Positions 11,741 to 25,500 of a DNA stretch of 64,000 nucleotides are shown one piece after another; the stretch's first letter is position 1; each line of letters opens with the position of its first letter. Made by a program: the position numbers and the translations under genes. The stretch comes from Podarcis gaigeae (Eukaryota): NCBI GenBank assembly GCA_964106915.2, contig OZ066927.1. One strand, given 5' to 3'. The notes under the pieces were generated by a model. It worked only from the letters and a program-made list of their open reading frames with translations. It had not been told where the DNA came from and searched no databases.

Positions 11741-13496
11741 CACACTCCTCATTTACTGGACTACAACTCCCATTGTCCCTGTGCAATTCTAGCAGGGGTT
11801 GTAGTCTAACAACATCTGGGACCCAGCCTAGAGTGGAAAAGGCTGCTCTTAGGAACCAGCAATTGGGAACCTTCAGCCTATGAGCCTAATTAAACCCAGC
11901 AGGGGGTCCTAATTCACCCACAATGCTTTTTTCTCCAACCATGGTCCCCTGTCTTACACCTAATGTCTTATGATCAGGTTTTGGTCAGGTAAAGATTTTG
12001 CACCCTACCAAAAACAGGGCTTGGAAGCACTGCTGATCTACTGACTGCCAGTGGTTGCAAAGCCCTGTGCCTTTACCCACATGATTTGAAGACAAACTGC
12101 GTAGGCAAAGGAAGTAGGGTTTGCAGTCTAATCAGTGGTCCTTACAGAGCTCTGTCAATCAGCTGGTCATCAGTGCCTTTGCCCATGCAGCTTGACAATG
12201 GAAGCACTTCACCCAACATCATGGTGATTAGCAGGTTCTGCAGCCCTGCCCACCTGTCAAAATGATCTGTGGGTGTCGAGTGACCCGAGAATCCAGCCCA
12301 CTAGCTGGAAAAGTTTCACCATCTCCACTCTTGACCAATGCGTGGCATCAAAGGAATAACTAAAATACATTCAGGGGATTTGATAAACACACACAACTCT
12401 GGATTCCACAACCATGTTCTCTTCTCTTCTGCTTTTCAGGCATAATTTCCCCTGTTTGCAAGACAGACTAGAACTCAAAAGTCACTTCAGTCCTCTAATT
12501 GTGTCTAGCAATGTATAATGCAACACAACCACCATCCAGATTGCACATTTTTAAAATAGCTCATTAAAAAAAAATAATCACAGGCATTTTTGTTATAGCA
12601 TTTCCTTTGGCGTGATGCAAATCAATGCATATAAGGTTATAAAAAATACTTTGCATATGTAGTGTTGGCAAGTCTTTAGATTAAGGTGTGGCGGGAAGGG
12701 ACAAAGAGTTTGATAAGATGGAATTTTAGAAGGTAAAATTGGAAATCCATAGGGTCCAGAGAAGATTTGCTTCTGGTATTCCTGTTGAGTGGCTGATTGA
12801 AGGAAGTCTGTTGCCAGCAAAAGACTCCTCCCAAGAACAGCAGCAGGTACAAACAGTTTAAAATGAAAAAAAAACATCAGCAGCAACTGCTGGGTGAGAA
12901 AAAATCGAGACTGCTACAGCACTAAGCAATTTCTCGTAATTATGATAGAACAATTTATCAAACTGTACATTGCTTAAAGCTGAAGTTGGGCACCAAAGAC
13001 TCACTAATTGAGAGTTGAATACCATCTACACACTGTCATTTGGCCTAACAATGACTCTTTTCTTCTGTCTCAATGCCAATCTGCTGGATATGTTTTAAAA
13101 AGTAAAGTAACCCAGAACATTTCATATCAGCTTTGTTGATCTGCTGTGCGAAGCAAAAAGAGAAAGATTGTTTTTCTATGATACAAAAATCAGAGGAAGT
13201 CCCTTGTATGGTTTCTACTCCAAAATCCACACTGAAAGCCATTCCAGGTTCTACAGTTCTCATTTGGTTCTTACAGGGGCATATCAATGTGCTTGGGGAA
13301 AGAGTCAGATACACAGGATATATCTATATATGTTGATGCATGTCTTGCAGATGAAACATCTTGGACACAAGGCAGGGACCACAGCACTGGACTGATCAGG
13401 AGAGGGCAGGAGAGGGTACCCTGCATGTACATTTGCAACGGAGTGTGTCTGTCTATGTGTGTGTGCATGCACATGACGCATTCCAAGCTTCATATC

Positions 13497-13565
13497 CTAC
13501 AGAGCGCTCCGTTTCTTCCTAATGGGACTAGAGCCACTGTATGGTTTCAATTCAGCACGTTGCAC
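13497..13565 (-). CDS. MCTP2: MCTP2 last coding exon: [22 protein letters not shown]
   Basis: 69 nt including TAG at 13499-13497; acceptor tttttacAG. Confidence 0.95.
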   Translation of the reverse strand: MQRAELKPYSGSSPIRKKRSAL

Positions 13566-16500
13566 CTGTAAAAACAAACAGACGTCACGTTTGCAACAAG
13601 GTAACCCAAGCTCACTACGCTGTGCATTAATGGCTCCCCAAGGAAAAGCCGAGGGAAAAACTAAGGAAGGTTCAAAAGTAATGAATCATTTTCTAAACAC
13701 AGTAACATGGGGGATTAATTGCAGGAAGGATTTGAAAAGTCATGCATCATTTCTTGAAAACCAAAATATTAAAACCAGATTTTTTTTTCCTAATGAGATG
13801 CAACTGAGCGGGAGGCGGGGAGAGGGGTCTTCCACCTGACTTTGGCATTTGGCAGAAAAGGCCTCATTCCATTTTATTTTTAGTTCTCTTTCATGGAGTT
13901 TGATAAAGGAATGGGACCCCCTCCCACCATGTCATGTGGCAAGTGTGTAATTCTTTCAGAATTTGGAGAACATAGTGTCTACATTTGTTTACAATACTCA
14001 ACATAGTGTCTACAATTATCATTTCTTATTTGCTTCCATCCATTATGGAGAAACAGCTGTATTCAGAGCAGTGCTAAGGGAAGTGTTCCATCAGCACAAG
14101 GAATTATTGCTGTGCAATGGAACTTTCTTCCCTTCTCCTTCCCCTGTATGCCCCCTAAATCTGTTCTGGGGTTCCCCCAACCCCCAGAGCAGATTTGGGG
14201 ATGGTGCAAGGCAGACATGTGGGGGTGGAAAGTGGGATACATTAGTGCTAGTGATAATCTTGCACCCGCACAATGATTTGGTTGAATATCACTCTCAGGC
14301 ATAGCAACAATAACAATAAAGGAAATCCAAAGCAAGATGTCTGAACAAAACCTTATTTCATTAAATGCAAGCCACAAGGTCACTAATAAAAGTTAGTTTT
14401 GGTTTGACACAGTAAAGCCAAACTTTATCTAAACTTGGATGTTCCCGGTCCTGTTGACCCTTTGGGACTGGACCTTCTTCACTCTGACAGATTGACTTGT
14501 GTACAGAATCTCTCTTTCAAAGCATACAACCATTCTCTTTAAATTTTGCATTTAATTAAGCAAATTAATTAATATACCGCCCTATACCTGGAGGTCTCAC
14601 CTTGCAAAATGGTTGTTCCCAAACCCAGTTGGACCTGAGTCTATGCATATTTAGCTTCATGAATTTCATGAAGTGGTCCTCTGTGTACAAAACCTCCTCC
14701 AAAAATAAGTGTATTGGCATTTAAATTAAAGTGTCATGAGACTCTCTGTCTTATGCTTCAGCGACAGACTTACACAGCTACTCATCTAGAATTTATCCAG
14801 GTCAAAACACAATAATGACATCTTCCTCTCTCCAGCTCCACACTTAAAAAAACAAAACAAAAATCGAAAACAGAACCACCACCGAATGTTGTGTTTGTGG
14901 AAGGATTAGGAAATGTATGCAACAAAGAACCACCCCAAAATGTTGTCTTGGTGGAAGGAATAGGAAATGTATGCAACAATTCTAGGTAACAACAACAACA
15001 ACAACAATAATATGTTGCCCATCTGGCTGGGTTTCTCCAGCCACTTTGGGTGGCTCCCAACAGAGTATTAAAAACACGATTAAGCATCAAACATTAAAAA
15101 CTTCCCTAAACAGGGCTGCCTTCAGATGTCTTCTAAAAGGTAGGCAATGGTAAACTGTCTGCCTCTGTTAGGGTGCTTCCAGATGACTTGTTTATTGAAT
15201 ATTCATTTTGATGTGTTGGTAGGGAGTTTAGATGTTGCTGCATCAGGGCAAAAGTTATCACACACTTGCCAGTGCATTTCCCCATACTAATTGCAAGAAG
15301 TCCAAGCTTTGGGGGATATGGGTAAATAAAGGGGCCTGGAGGGCCACATTCGTCCCCTGGGTCTGAGGTTCACTGCCCCTGCTCAAAGGCCACCAAGGAT
15401 AAGAGAAACCACTCAAGCAAAATTCATAAATGCAAAACCTGAAATGCAACCTAAACAGAAAAACAGGAGAGCAACTTATTTCTGTATATAAATATTAATG
15501 CATGCCGCCAGTACAAATCCTGCATCTTCTACAAGAAAGAATTGGTGCAGACAGCGAGAGCAGAAAATACACTTAAGCTTAATGACTTTGTAGACTGGGC
15601 AGAAGCAAACAGAGATAAACTGGGATTCTGTCTGCCCAGAGGGTTTCCTCTAATGACTAGCCTGTTGGACCTTGATGCTTCTGGTCAAGAGCTGTTCGTC
15701 AAATGGCATAAAAGGATGTCAAGTTCACATGCCTTTTAAAACAAACCGGGAGCCAGAGATGTTTTGCTGCTTAAAGCAGAACTTAAACAGCGTCTAAGGG
15801 TCAATACTGTTGTAAAGTCTTGCTGAACCATTCAGACACCAGTTCAGGGCTGCCCTGCCCATGACAAAGAGTGAGGGAGGCGCTTCGAGCGTGGGAAGCC
15901 CAAATGAAATAATGTTAAAATCAGAGCAAAGATGGCTGGGAGAAGTGGGTCTGTGACCGTTTCAGAAAGAGAGCACTTTGGGGGATACAATTCCTTTCCA
16001 TTCGGGTTTTCATCCCTCCCTTTTCCTGTGTCCGCCTCCTCCTTTCCCTTCCCACCCTGGTTTATGGTTTCTTCAGATGCCTTATCTCCTCTAGCCCAAA
16101 TGCCCCTTCCGTGTGTTCCTCCAGCGCTGCACCTGGTGGCTCTTTGGGCTGGTGTCTCTGTTGGACGCAGCCATTCATTACTTACCCTTTGAACATCAGA
16201 TGGCACCCTGGAGAGGAAGTCGAGCAACTCATTATTGTCAATGGCATAAGGGTTTCTAAGCTTCTTAGTAAATTTATTTATGCCTGCGAATGAAAACACC
16301 AAAATAAAACATGGTTTGTTTTTGTTTTTGTTTTTTTAAAAAAGGCAGTGATAAAACAGACACATCACACTATATAAAAGGCCTTACTTGCTCAGGCAGG
16401 AAAGGGAGGAGGAGTTTAACAAGAAAAAATTAGTGCGAAAATATGGACAAGCCAGACACGTGTTGCTGTCATGTGGAATCATTCACAAACATCTTTCCTT

Positions 16501-19500
16501 AAAGGAAATGGTGGGAGGTTTATTACAAAGCAAGCCGGCTCATCTCAGCAATGAAAAGTCCCATTGTTCAAAAAAAAGAGGGGGGGAGCAGAGAAGCAAG
16601 AACAGCCATCACTCAGAACTTAAGGGTGGCATTTCTGGCTACATTTTGGCCTTGGGGAAGGGATGACCCATTGCAAAATATACCAAGTTGTGAGTGTCCC
16701 CTTCCATTCTGCGCATTCTCATTAGGGAGAGTGACAATTTAAATTCATGGGCCATTCGTAATTGACAAGGCTAGGGACGGGGGCAGGAATTCACATTTTT
16801 TAATGCAGACCTACCTAATTTGCAATGTCCAAAGCCATATATGAATTGAAGCACAGTTATCCTTCAATATTCACACATCTCTGAATTTGTGATGGGGTTT
16901 TCTAGCCCAAATAAGATATACAAAACCACATATATACAAGGGGAAATTGTACAAAACTGCATATTTCAGTGACAACATACAGAGCTACAATTTCCAGAGT
17001 GGTTTAACAAGCAGTCCCTCTTTCCATGGAACTCTGGGAAGAGTAGGTCTGTGAGAGGAATAAGGGCCTCTTACCAACTCACATCGCCCTTACAAACTAC
17101 AGCTCCCAGAGCTGAAGGAGGGGCAATGACTCTTCAGAGTGGTACTATAGTGCTTTATTTATTTATTTTTTATCATAATTTTTATTGAGTTTTCCATAAT
17201 TCAGTTTAGTTCAATACACATATTCGCAACTTATATTATTTGCTCAAAATGAGCTTTGACTTCCTTCCGTACCATAGTGCTTTAAATGTATGATGACCAA
17301 CTTACCCCAGATTAAAACGATGTACCTTAGTGGTATGTAATACAGGGTGATCATGACTACTGCAAGGACTAAACAGGCCAGGCTAGAGAGGAAAGGAACT
17401 GTCCAATTGAATGTGCTGTGGAAAAACAGGAAAAATCAAGAAGAGAAAAGTTTGTTGCTTCGTGTTCACAGATATTTCACATTTTGCAAATGCAACCATG
17501 ACTCAAATGGTATTCCATTCAACAAGAGAATGCCACTGGAATGCACAAGTGAAGGCTACATGTTCTGACTTTCATTTCCTTGGAAACCAATGAGATATAC
17601 AGCTGAATCGCACATGTTAGAGCTTTGCTCAATGACGTGCAGATGTGAACAGGCCACCACAGATAACAGCACCACATGCAGACTCAAACACAAGGCCAGT
17701 TCACACATTTGGGCTAAATTTAGTTGTTATAGCTGCAGCTAAGGCAAGTCCCTGCCATCTCCAGGTATGGCCTAGTAAACAAGTATGAAGTAACACCTTC
17801 ACTTTCCTAGGAAAAGTGGCATCTTCATGTGCACCTCCAATGTTATCTCTCCCCACCCCAAGCAGTCTAACTGTGTACTCATTAAAGCGTGAGCACTTTT
17901 GTATTCACACAACTCTGATGGAGATGACTTCTCCATTGTCTTCTGCAGGGACCAAGCTATTACTGGTAGTGAAAACTGCTGCTAGGAGGGCAAACCCATC
18001 CCTTACAATGAATTTTCTTAGAGGAAGTGACCCTTTGTTTCCACCCCACAATAGCAGCTAAGTCAAAAAGCCCCACTGGAAATTGAAGGAGACCCTGCTT
18101 CTAACAGTTTCCATGAGAGTTGCTTTGTTGTGTGGCACTTGGTCTGGGGGTAAAAGCACAATCAAGGGGGAACAGATAAATTTATGGAGCCATGATAGGA
18201 ATATGCTAGCTTTAGTGTCATGGGACAGGGCTGCCTCTGAATACCAGTGGCTGGGAATTGCAAGAGGGGAGCTCTTGTGCTCAGGTTCTGTTTGTGAGCT
18301 TCCCATTGGGGCATCTGGTAGGCCACTGTGAGAACAGGATGCTGGACTATATGGGTTATTGGCCTGACCTAGTAGCCCTCCAGATACAGTTGTTGGCCCC
18401 AGCCAGTATGGCCAACAATCAGTGATGATGGTTCAGCAACAGCCTGGAGAGAGGTGTATCTTGGGGAGGGTGAATCTCCCAGGGAGAGTCCCAAGAGCCA
18501 GACAGGGATGCAATGTAAACATCTTCAAAGCCTGATGCTGGTGCAATCAGATGTGCTGAAATGGAGGAGCACCAATTGAGTAATGAAAAACACTTTGTCT
18601 TTATTGATTTCTTTTTTTGTTTAAGGAAGTATGGTGGGGGCCCTGAGAGGAAATAATGCCTCTCTCAGCTTCAATGAAGGCCTTACAATTTGAATTAAAG
18701 CAGGGGGTAAAGCGTACTTGCCCACAAACACATGGAAAATATTTTTAAGTTTGCCAACCCCAACAGAACAGAGCTATTTAAAGATCCCTTTGATAGGAAG
18801 GGTTATGCAGATGGAAGCGCTTATCCAAACCGTCATGACACTCGCTAAAACCACACTGGTGGACTTCTCCCCCTTCCCTCTCAGTCCCTAGCAACTTTAA
18901 TATTGAGTTACAATGGGATTCCTGGAGGATTAGAGATGGCAGCCATATTAATGCCCCAGTGAGTTCTTAGGGATCATTGTAATCAAAATGAATATGGGTC
19001 ACCCGGCGTCCCAAGCCTTCCTGCCATCCAGCTGCAAGGAGAACACAGCCCTCTGTTCACAGGCAAGGCCATCCCTTGGCCATTTCCCGCACAGCTGGGA
19101 CAGATGTTGCAGAATAACAACACACATGGATCTGTTGCATTTTTAGACCCCACACGGCTGTTCTTTTAAAGAGCGGAACTGTTGACAAGCCTCAATTTGT
19201 GTGTTTCAAAGAGGAAGGTCACACAGTTGTGCCAGTGCATGAGAGAGAGAGAGAAGATGTAATCACTCTTTGCTTCTTGGGGGATAAGCCATGCCAGAGA
19301 GTGGCCCAGTGTATATTACACAGTTTTGCCACTGAGAATAAGCAGGACTGGAAGCTGTAAGTTGGAAGGATGACAGACTGAGTGGGAACCATACATAAGA
19401 TGTTCTGAGATCCTTGGAAAATATGTGGGATGGTACACATGTAAAGAATTAAAACAGGGGTGGACAACCTGTAGCCCTGCAAATATGGTTGGAGTCTAAC

Positions 19501-22500
19501 TCCCATCAGCCCCATCCAGTAATGCCAATGGTCAGGGATGATGGGAGGTGTAGTCCAGCAACATCTGAAGAGCCCCAGGTTCCTCATCCCTGGATTAAAG
19601 CAAATTGGTAGATGTAACTAAAAGGCAACAAAGGTTGCTGGCTTTTCACTCTTCCTCCCAACTTGATGGTCACCAACTCAGAAGGCTTTAAAAGAAGACA
19701 AGACAAATCCATGGAGGATAAGGCTATGCATAGCTACTAGGCATGATTGCTATGTTCTGCCTCTGCTGTTGGAGGAAGCATGCCTCTGATTACAAGTTGC
19801 TGGCTGGAAATCACAAGTAGAGAGAGCATGCTGTTGCACTTAAGTCCTGCTGGTGGGTTTCCCATAGGCATATGGTTTGTCACTATGCAAACAGAATGCT
19901 GGCCTTGATAGGCTGGGTGTTTGGCTTGAGTCAGCAAGACTCTTCTTCTGTTTCCCATTTCCAGTAGGGCTTAGTAGTTTTTTAATAGTAACACAGAAAC
20001 ACAAGGGAAGGTCAGAGGGATGTCACTGTTAGGAATCAGGCCTGTGCAGATGTGAGACAGCATTTCAGAAGCACAAGGCAATAATTTGGTCTCAGTTCAT
20101 CTGAACTATCCTGAAATCAGTCTAAGGGACTCTGCCCCATCTTAGTTTCCCAAATAAAGCCTTTAGCTGCTTCTGGATCAGGGTATTTTTACAGAGGATG
20201 AGATGGATGAGATTTGCAGAGCTAAGGTAGTGCCAGTGAACACACACAACATACTTACTCAGATCAGCTGCCCCTATTGATAGTGATGGGGCAAGGGAGG
20301 CAATGTTGGAGCTTACTGCTATATCATTTTGTGCTCCTCTGCTGAAGGCAGGGGGGAGAGAGGTAGCTTTGGAAAATCCATGAGCACAGGTCTCAAAACG
20401 GTTTCCAGAGAGGCTGGAAACAATGTCCAGAGATAAACCAAAGCATACTTTTTCAGAAGCTTCCATGCATAATTTGTGTGAAAGAGACCGAAAGAGAAAT
20501 GAATGAATTGTTACAACGATGGGTGTTGTCACCAGTGAACTGAAAACACAGTGTAATAAATGAGCGTTCTGCCATTTGAGATTTGCTTCCAGCACTTCCC
20601 AGTTCAATCTTTTGCCTATTGTTTTCAGTCATGGCATTCAGAAACATTTCAGAGCATGGGAGCAACACTTTCACTTACTTCTTTATCCTCTCTGCAAAAG
20701 ATGCGATTTCCTCCAAAAGTGTTTGGACTGTTATAACAATGTCTTGAACCATGTGGATTCTTTCTATCAAGCCTTTTTTATCAGATTCCTGGGAGGATTA
20801 AGGAAAAGAAAGGCAAGGGGGTGGGGGAGAAAAGAAAAACACAAATGCATAAGGTTTGTATGTCCTAAAATTGTCCCAGACGATGAGGGTTGTAAGAAGA
20901 TTATTGTAAGATGTTTGGTAATATCTTTCAGCACAGCAAAGTTTGAAATTCAGGCGCTCAAACCGTCTGGAGAGGTAACCTGGAAACCTATGGTATTCAT
21001 TATGAATATTCTATTTCAAGACTTAAAACAACAGAAACCTACACTTCTGCTTTTAGCACTTTGGTGGAAGGTTCCTTCAGGTCACTTGAAAGTTCTTGGA
21101 ACTGCAAAGCTGCTTATAAGAGAGGCAAAATATAGCACAGAAAGAGACATTTTCAGAAATCCATATCCTTTGAAACAGGCTCCCCCAAACCTGGGGGCCC
21201 TCTAGATGTTTTGAACTATAACCTCCATCAGCAACAGTCCACACAGCCTGGAAATAAACCAAGGATTGGCAATATGGTGTCCTCTACATGTGGCAGGCCA
21301 CAATTCCCATCAGCTGCAGCTAGTCAGAGACGATGGGAATTGTCACCCAGGACACAACACTGGCTACCTCAAAACTATACACTACAAGGCAAACACAGGC
21401 TGCTCATCCATGTGTTTTCCCCATAAGACCATCCTAGCAGATGGATGGGGATGCTTAACCCTCCCAATCATTGTTTGTTCCCTACAAATGCTTCCCTCCC
21501 CAGATGTTATCTCTGTGCACACAGGTTTGGGCACATGTGTTTGCCAGCAAGCAGCTCCATGTAGCCTTCTCCTGCCTTGGCACAGGTCACAGCACACAGC
21601 ACACAGTGAGGCCTATGCTTAAAAATCTAGCAGGGTCACCCAGTGCTTTGCCTGGCTCGCTCTAACTTCTGGCCAATTCTTTGTGACAACAGAATTTAAA
21701 ACACACACACATACACACAATACCAAGATATTCCAGGGCAAGCCTGTTCTTGCAACCTGGAACTGTGAAGAATATCATCTGGCAGCTGGATATGCATCCT
21801 GCTGACTTTGTTTACACATCTTAGATTGTGCTACAAAAATGTGGTGATGACACACTTTAGCAAACACAACATTAAATCTTCTTGTTGCAGACTATCTGGA
21901 CTGCCTGCAACTCAGAGATCAAGTTAAAATGAAGTCACCGATTTATGCTGAAGGACATCATAAGAGTCATATGGGGGTCTGTCTCTATATTAATAGCCAT
22001 ATGAATCTACATCTGTCTCTATAATCTGTATATAACATAACAAGGGCTAAGAAATCCAGTGAACAAATGAGTAGACTGCTGGTTAATCTGGGTTAGCTTC
22101 TGGCCTAAACTATAAAGTGATGGGAAACTACTTATTCTTACATGACCACTCTGCTCTCCTAGTAGAGGTCTAGGGTGGAGATTTCCAAACTGTGTGTTGC
22201 AACACATTAGTGTGTCGGCTGCAGTGTGTAGGTATGTCACGTAAATGCTCTCCGTGCTTCTCCTGGGGCTGGAAAGGGGTTACAGTAGTTTAAACCTCTG
22301 GTTTGCTAATAAAACAGAATTATTGTGTCAAGAAATGATGCATGTCTAAAAATTGTGTCACCAACATGAAAAGTTTGGAAAGCTCTGGTCTAGGGGCTAG
22401 AAATAAGCTGCAAGACTGAAGATCTGTCTCCCATACACTTTTAAAATTGGACACAAGCCTCATATTTGTACATGATTAGGCAGGGAAAAGTTTAAGCCTG

Positions 22501-25500
22501 TGGAATTGCCTGTCTTTTCTTGGATCACACTGCATTTTATTTATTTACCTAAGCATTTATAATTTGCACTTCCATGCAAGTATAACAAGGCGGTATACAA
22601 CATAGATTATACCGTTCTTAAAAAGAAAAAGAATATTGCAAAGGCATGTCAAAATTATAGTTTTCAGAGAAGTTCTATAAGAAGACATGGATGAATCCTG
22701 CCCAGTATCTATGGGTAGGGACTTCTACAGGGCAGGGCCTGCCACACTTGGTCCCTAACAAAGATTGACTGAACCTTAGGGGTGTAGGAAACCACAAGAA
22801 GTGCCTCATCAGAGGAAATCAGTGACTGAAGTGGAGCATAAGGAATTATACATTCCTTAAGATACTTTGGGTCCAACTTGTTTAGAGCTTTGTGAATTAA
22901 CACAAGAACCTTGAAACAGACCCAATAGCAAATCGGCAAACAGTGCAGCTGTGTCAACAGTGGAGTCAGTAACCTGCCCCTTTGAGCAGTCTGTCTACTG
23001 CGTTCTGCACTAGTTGAAGCTTCTGGACTAGGTACCAGAGCAGCTTCACACAACGTGCATTTTGGTAAGAGTCTCGAGGCTGCATTGTATTGAACAATCC
23101 ATTTCACTCCAGTTGTTCTGCATTCCACTTCTTTTGGTGAATATTATTATTTTGATTGCAACTGCTTTGGCAACGTGGTCCTCTTAAGCCAATTTCTAAC
23201 TGGCTCACTGAAGAAACACACACAGATGGGCATCAGTGACTTGATACTCTGAGCTCAGAAGCCTTTGTTTAAAATTAAGGCGAAAATTCCCTGCCTGTAT
23301 GACAAATCTGTCCTCTCAACCTTTCCTTCTCATCCTGAACTAAGCAGAGGGAGACCCCTTTTTCTTCACAGCCCCTTTCTTACTTCAACTGTTTCTCACC
23401 CGGCTGTGCTACTCGGTGTAGAATAAAAGCAGCCCTCTTCCTCTGGGAAAGCATTAAAACCATCAAAACGAATTTACAACTGAGAATTAATTACATGATC
23501 AGTGTGTTGCTTAAAATCTTCCCTGCATATTCTGAGCTAAGAAAAGACCTTGCTTCTCCATTAATTGCTTAAGCAAAACTACAAAAGAGGGTCTTGGTGA
23601 AGATTAAGCATGTCAGAGAAAAAGAACTAAGGGAGGGGTGGAGGAAAGTTGAACAGAGTCGGAATTTAAAGGCTTTTGTGTCTGAGTAATTCACCTCAGC
23701 TTGAACTTGGAAAATGAATAAGATGTGTAGCTCTTGCCCAAGGGAGGCCAAAATGTTCAACATCTAACGTTTGTCAAGCACCCATCACCCAATGGCTTAC
23801 AATGAACACGCTCGGTGTTCACTCCAAGAGGCCAAGGTTTTGTGACATTGTGCAACAGTGTGTCCCACTTTCAGCACCTCTGACCCTAGAGACAGGGTTA
23901 TGCACATTGCCTGCAAAGCTGTCTAAAAATATATTTAATAAATAAAATGAGCCTCTGCAGAGCTAGCCCCCTGGAGAACAGGAAGCAGAGAAAATTGGGG
24001 TTATCTGTACAGGCTCCACCAGGAAAACAGGATGGATCAAAGACTTTGGTGAGAGGGTTAATTGGGTCTATGGCTGGACAGCCATACTGTGAGTAGCTTC
24101 CAAACAAATCAAGTTGGAGAGTAGTGCACAATGGTAGTTTTAACAGATTTCAATATTTGGTAGTTGTTGTATTGGTAAAGAAAAGGTTATGCTACAGCCA
24201 GGGATCATTCAATACAGGGTGTATCTCGGTGACATCACAAACACAGTTTCTCAAGTGTCAATTAAAGAAAATTCCACTTGATTCCACTTGATGTAGATGA
24301 AAGATCAAGACAAGCATCAGCAATGCAAGGCTAAGCTGGCCACACCCACCAAGAAAAGTATAGGTTGTATCCAGCTAAATTTTACTCAGAATAGACCCAA
24401 TGAAATTAGTGGGCTAAGTGAGTTATGTCCTTCAATACCAGTGGCCTTTTGAATTTAGATCCAAAAGATTCTGGAGCTGATTTTACAGTATCAGGTGGTT
24501 TTGTGCTTGAATCTCCTAAAGAAAGGCAAATGAGAAATGACACTAAAATGCAATTTGCTGCTTTATATAGGATGGACGAAAACTCAGCACTGTCCTTCAG
24601 CTGAGGGGCACTCCTATCCCCTTTTGGGAAGCTGGACTGTGGGTTGGCATTCCCTTGCCCATATCCCCAGGAAGTTTGGATGAAGCTCAAGCAAATTAGA
24701 TGACAGGTTGAAAACTGATCAATGCAATCAGGTTTTTAATGTATGCTTAAATAAACTTCCCCGGCCAACATGAAAATGTTTAGATTGTTTAATTGATATG
24801 CAGTATGTAATATGTTTCTTTATAGTTTCATGCATTATAATATATTTGCTTTATAGTTTTCTAACATTTTCACTGCAAGCTGCCCTAGGATTCCTATTGT
24901 TCAGCTTTAGTATAGGATATTAAATATCCTGCATACATAGGGATGGATTAAATAAGTTCTTCAAAGGAAATGTCTCAACAGGCAAAGGCCAACTCGGCCC
25001 TCCAGCTGTTTTGGGACTACAACTCGCATCATCCCTAGCTAACAGGACCAGTGGTCATGGATGATGGGAATTGTAGTCCCAAAACATCCGGAGGGCCGAG
25101 TTGTCCTATGCCAGGTCTAAAACAAGCCATAGGTCAGACTGCCATTGCTTGGCAGGGACGAATCATTAATTAGCAAAGGGCTGGGAGGTGCTTCTTTCAG
25201 CCTGAGGGTCACATTCTCTTCTGGGCAACTTTTGGTGGGGGAGCACAAACCAGTGGTGCGTGCAGGCAAAAATGGGCATATCAATGGGTGTAAATTTCAC
25301 CTTATAAGAGGGGATGGTAAGCTACAGCACTCTAAAAATTCCAAATATGCCCATAGGCCTCAAAGCATTGGTGGCACCCTGATACAGATGGTCTAGTGCA
25401 GGGGTTGGGAACCAAGGGTTACCTCCTCCCCAAAATGTTTTCCAAGAGCCTCACACCAATGGTAGGTAGAAATAAAGGCTGAAGTGGGTTGGGGGCTGTG

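Noticed and set aside
20576-21205. 209-aa plus-strand ORF
   Set aside because: It lies antisense to an MCTP2 exon and runs into intronic and MITE sequence; no recognisable domain. Treated as a shadow ORF.
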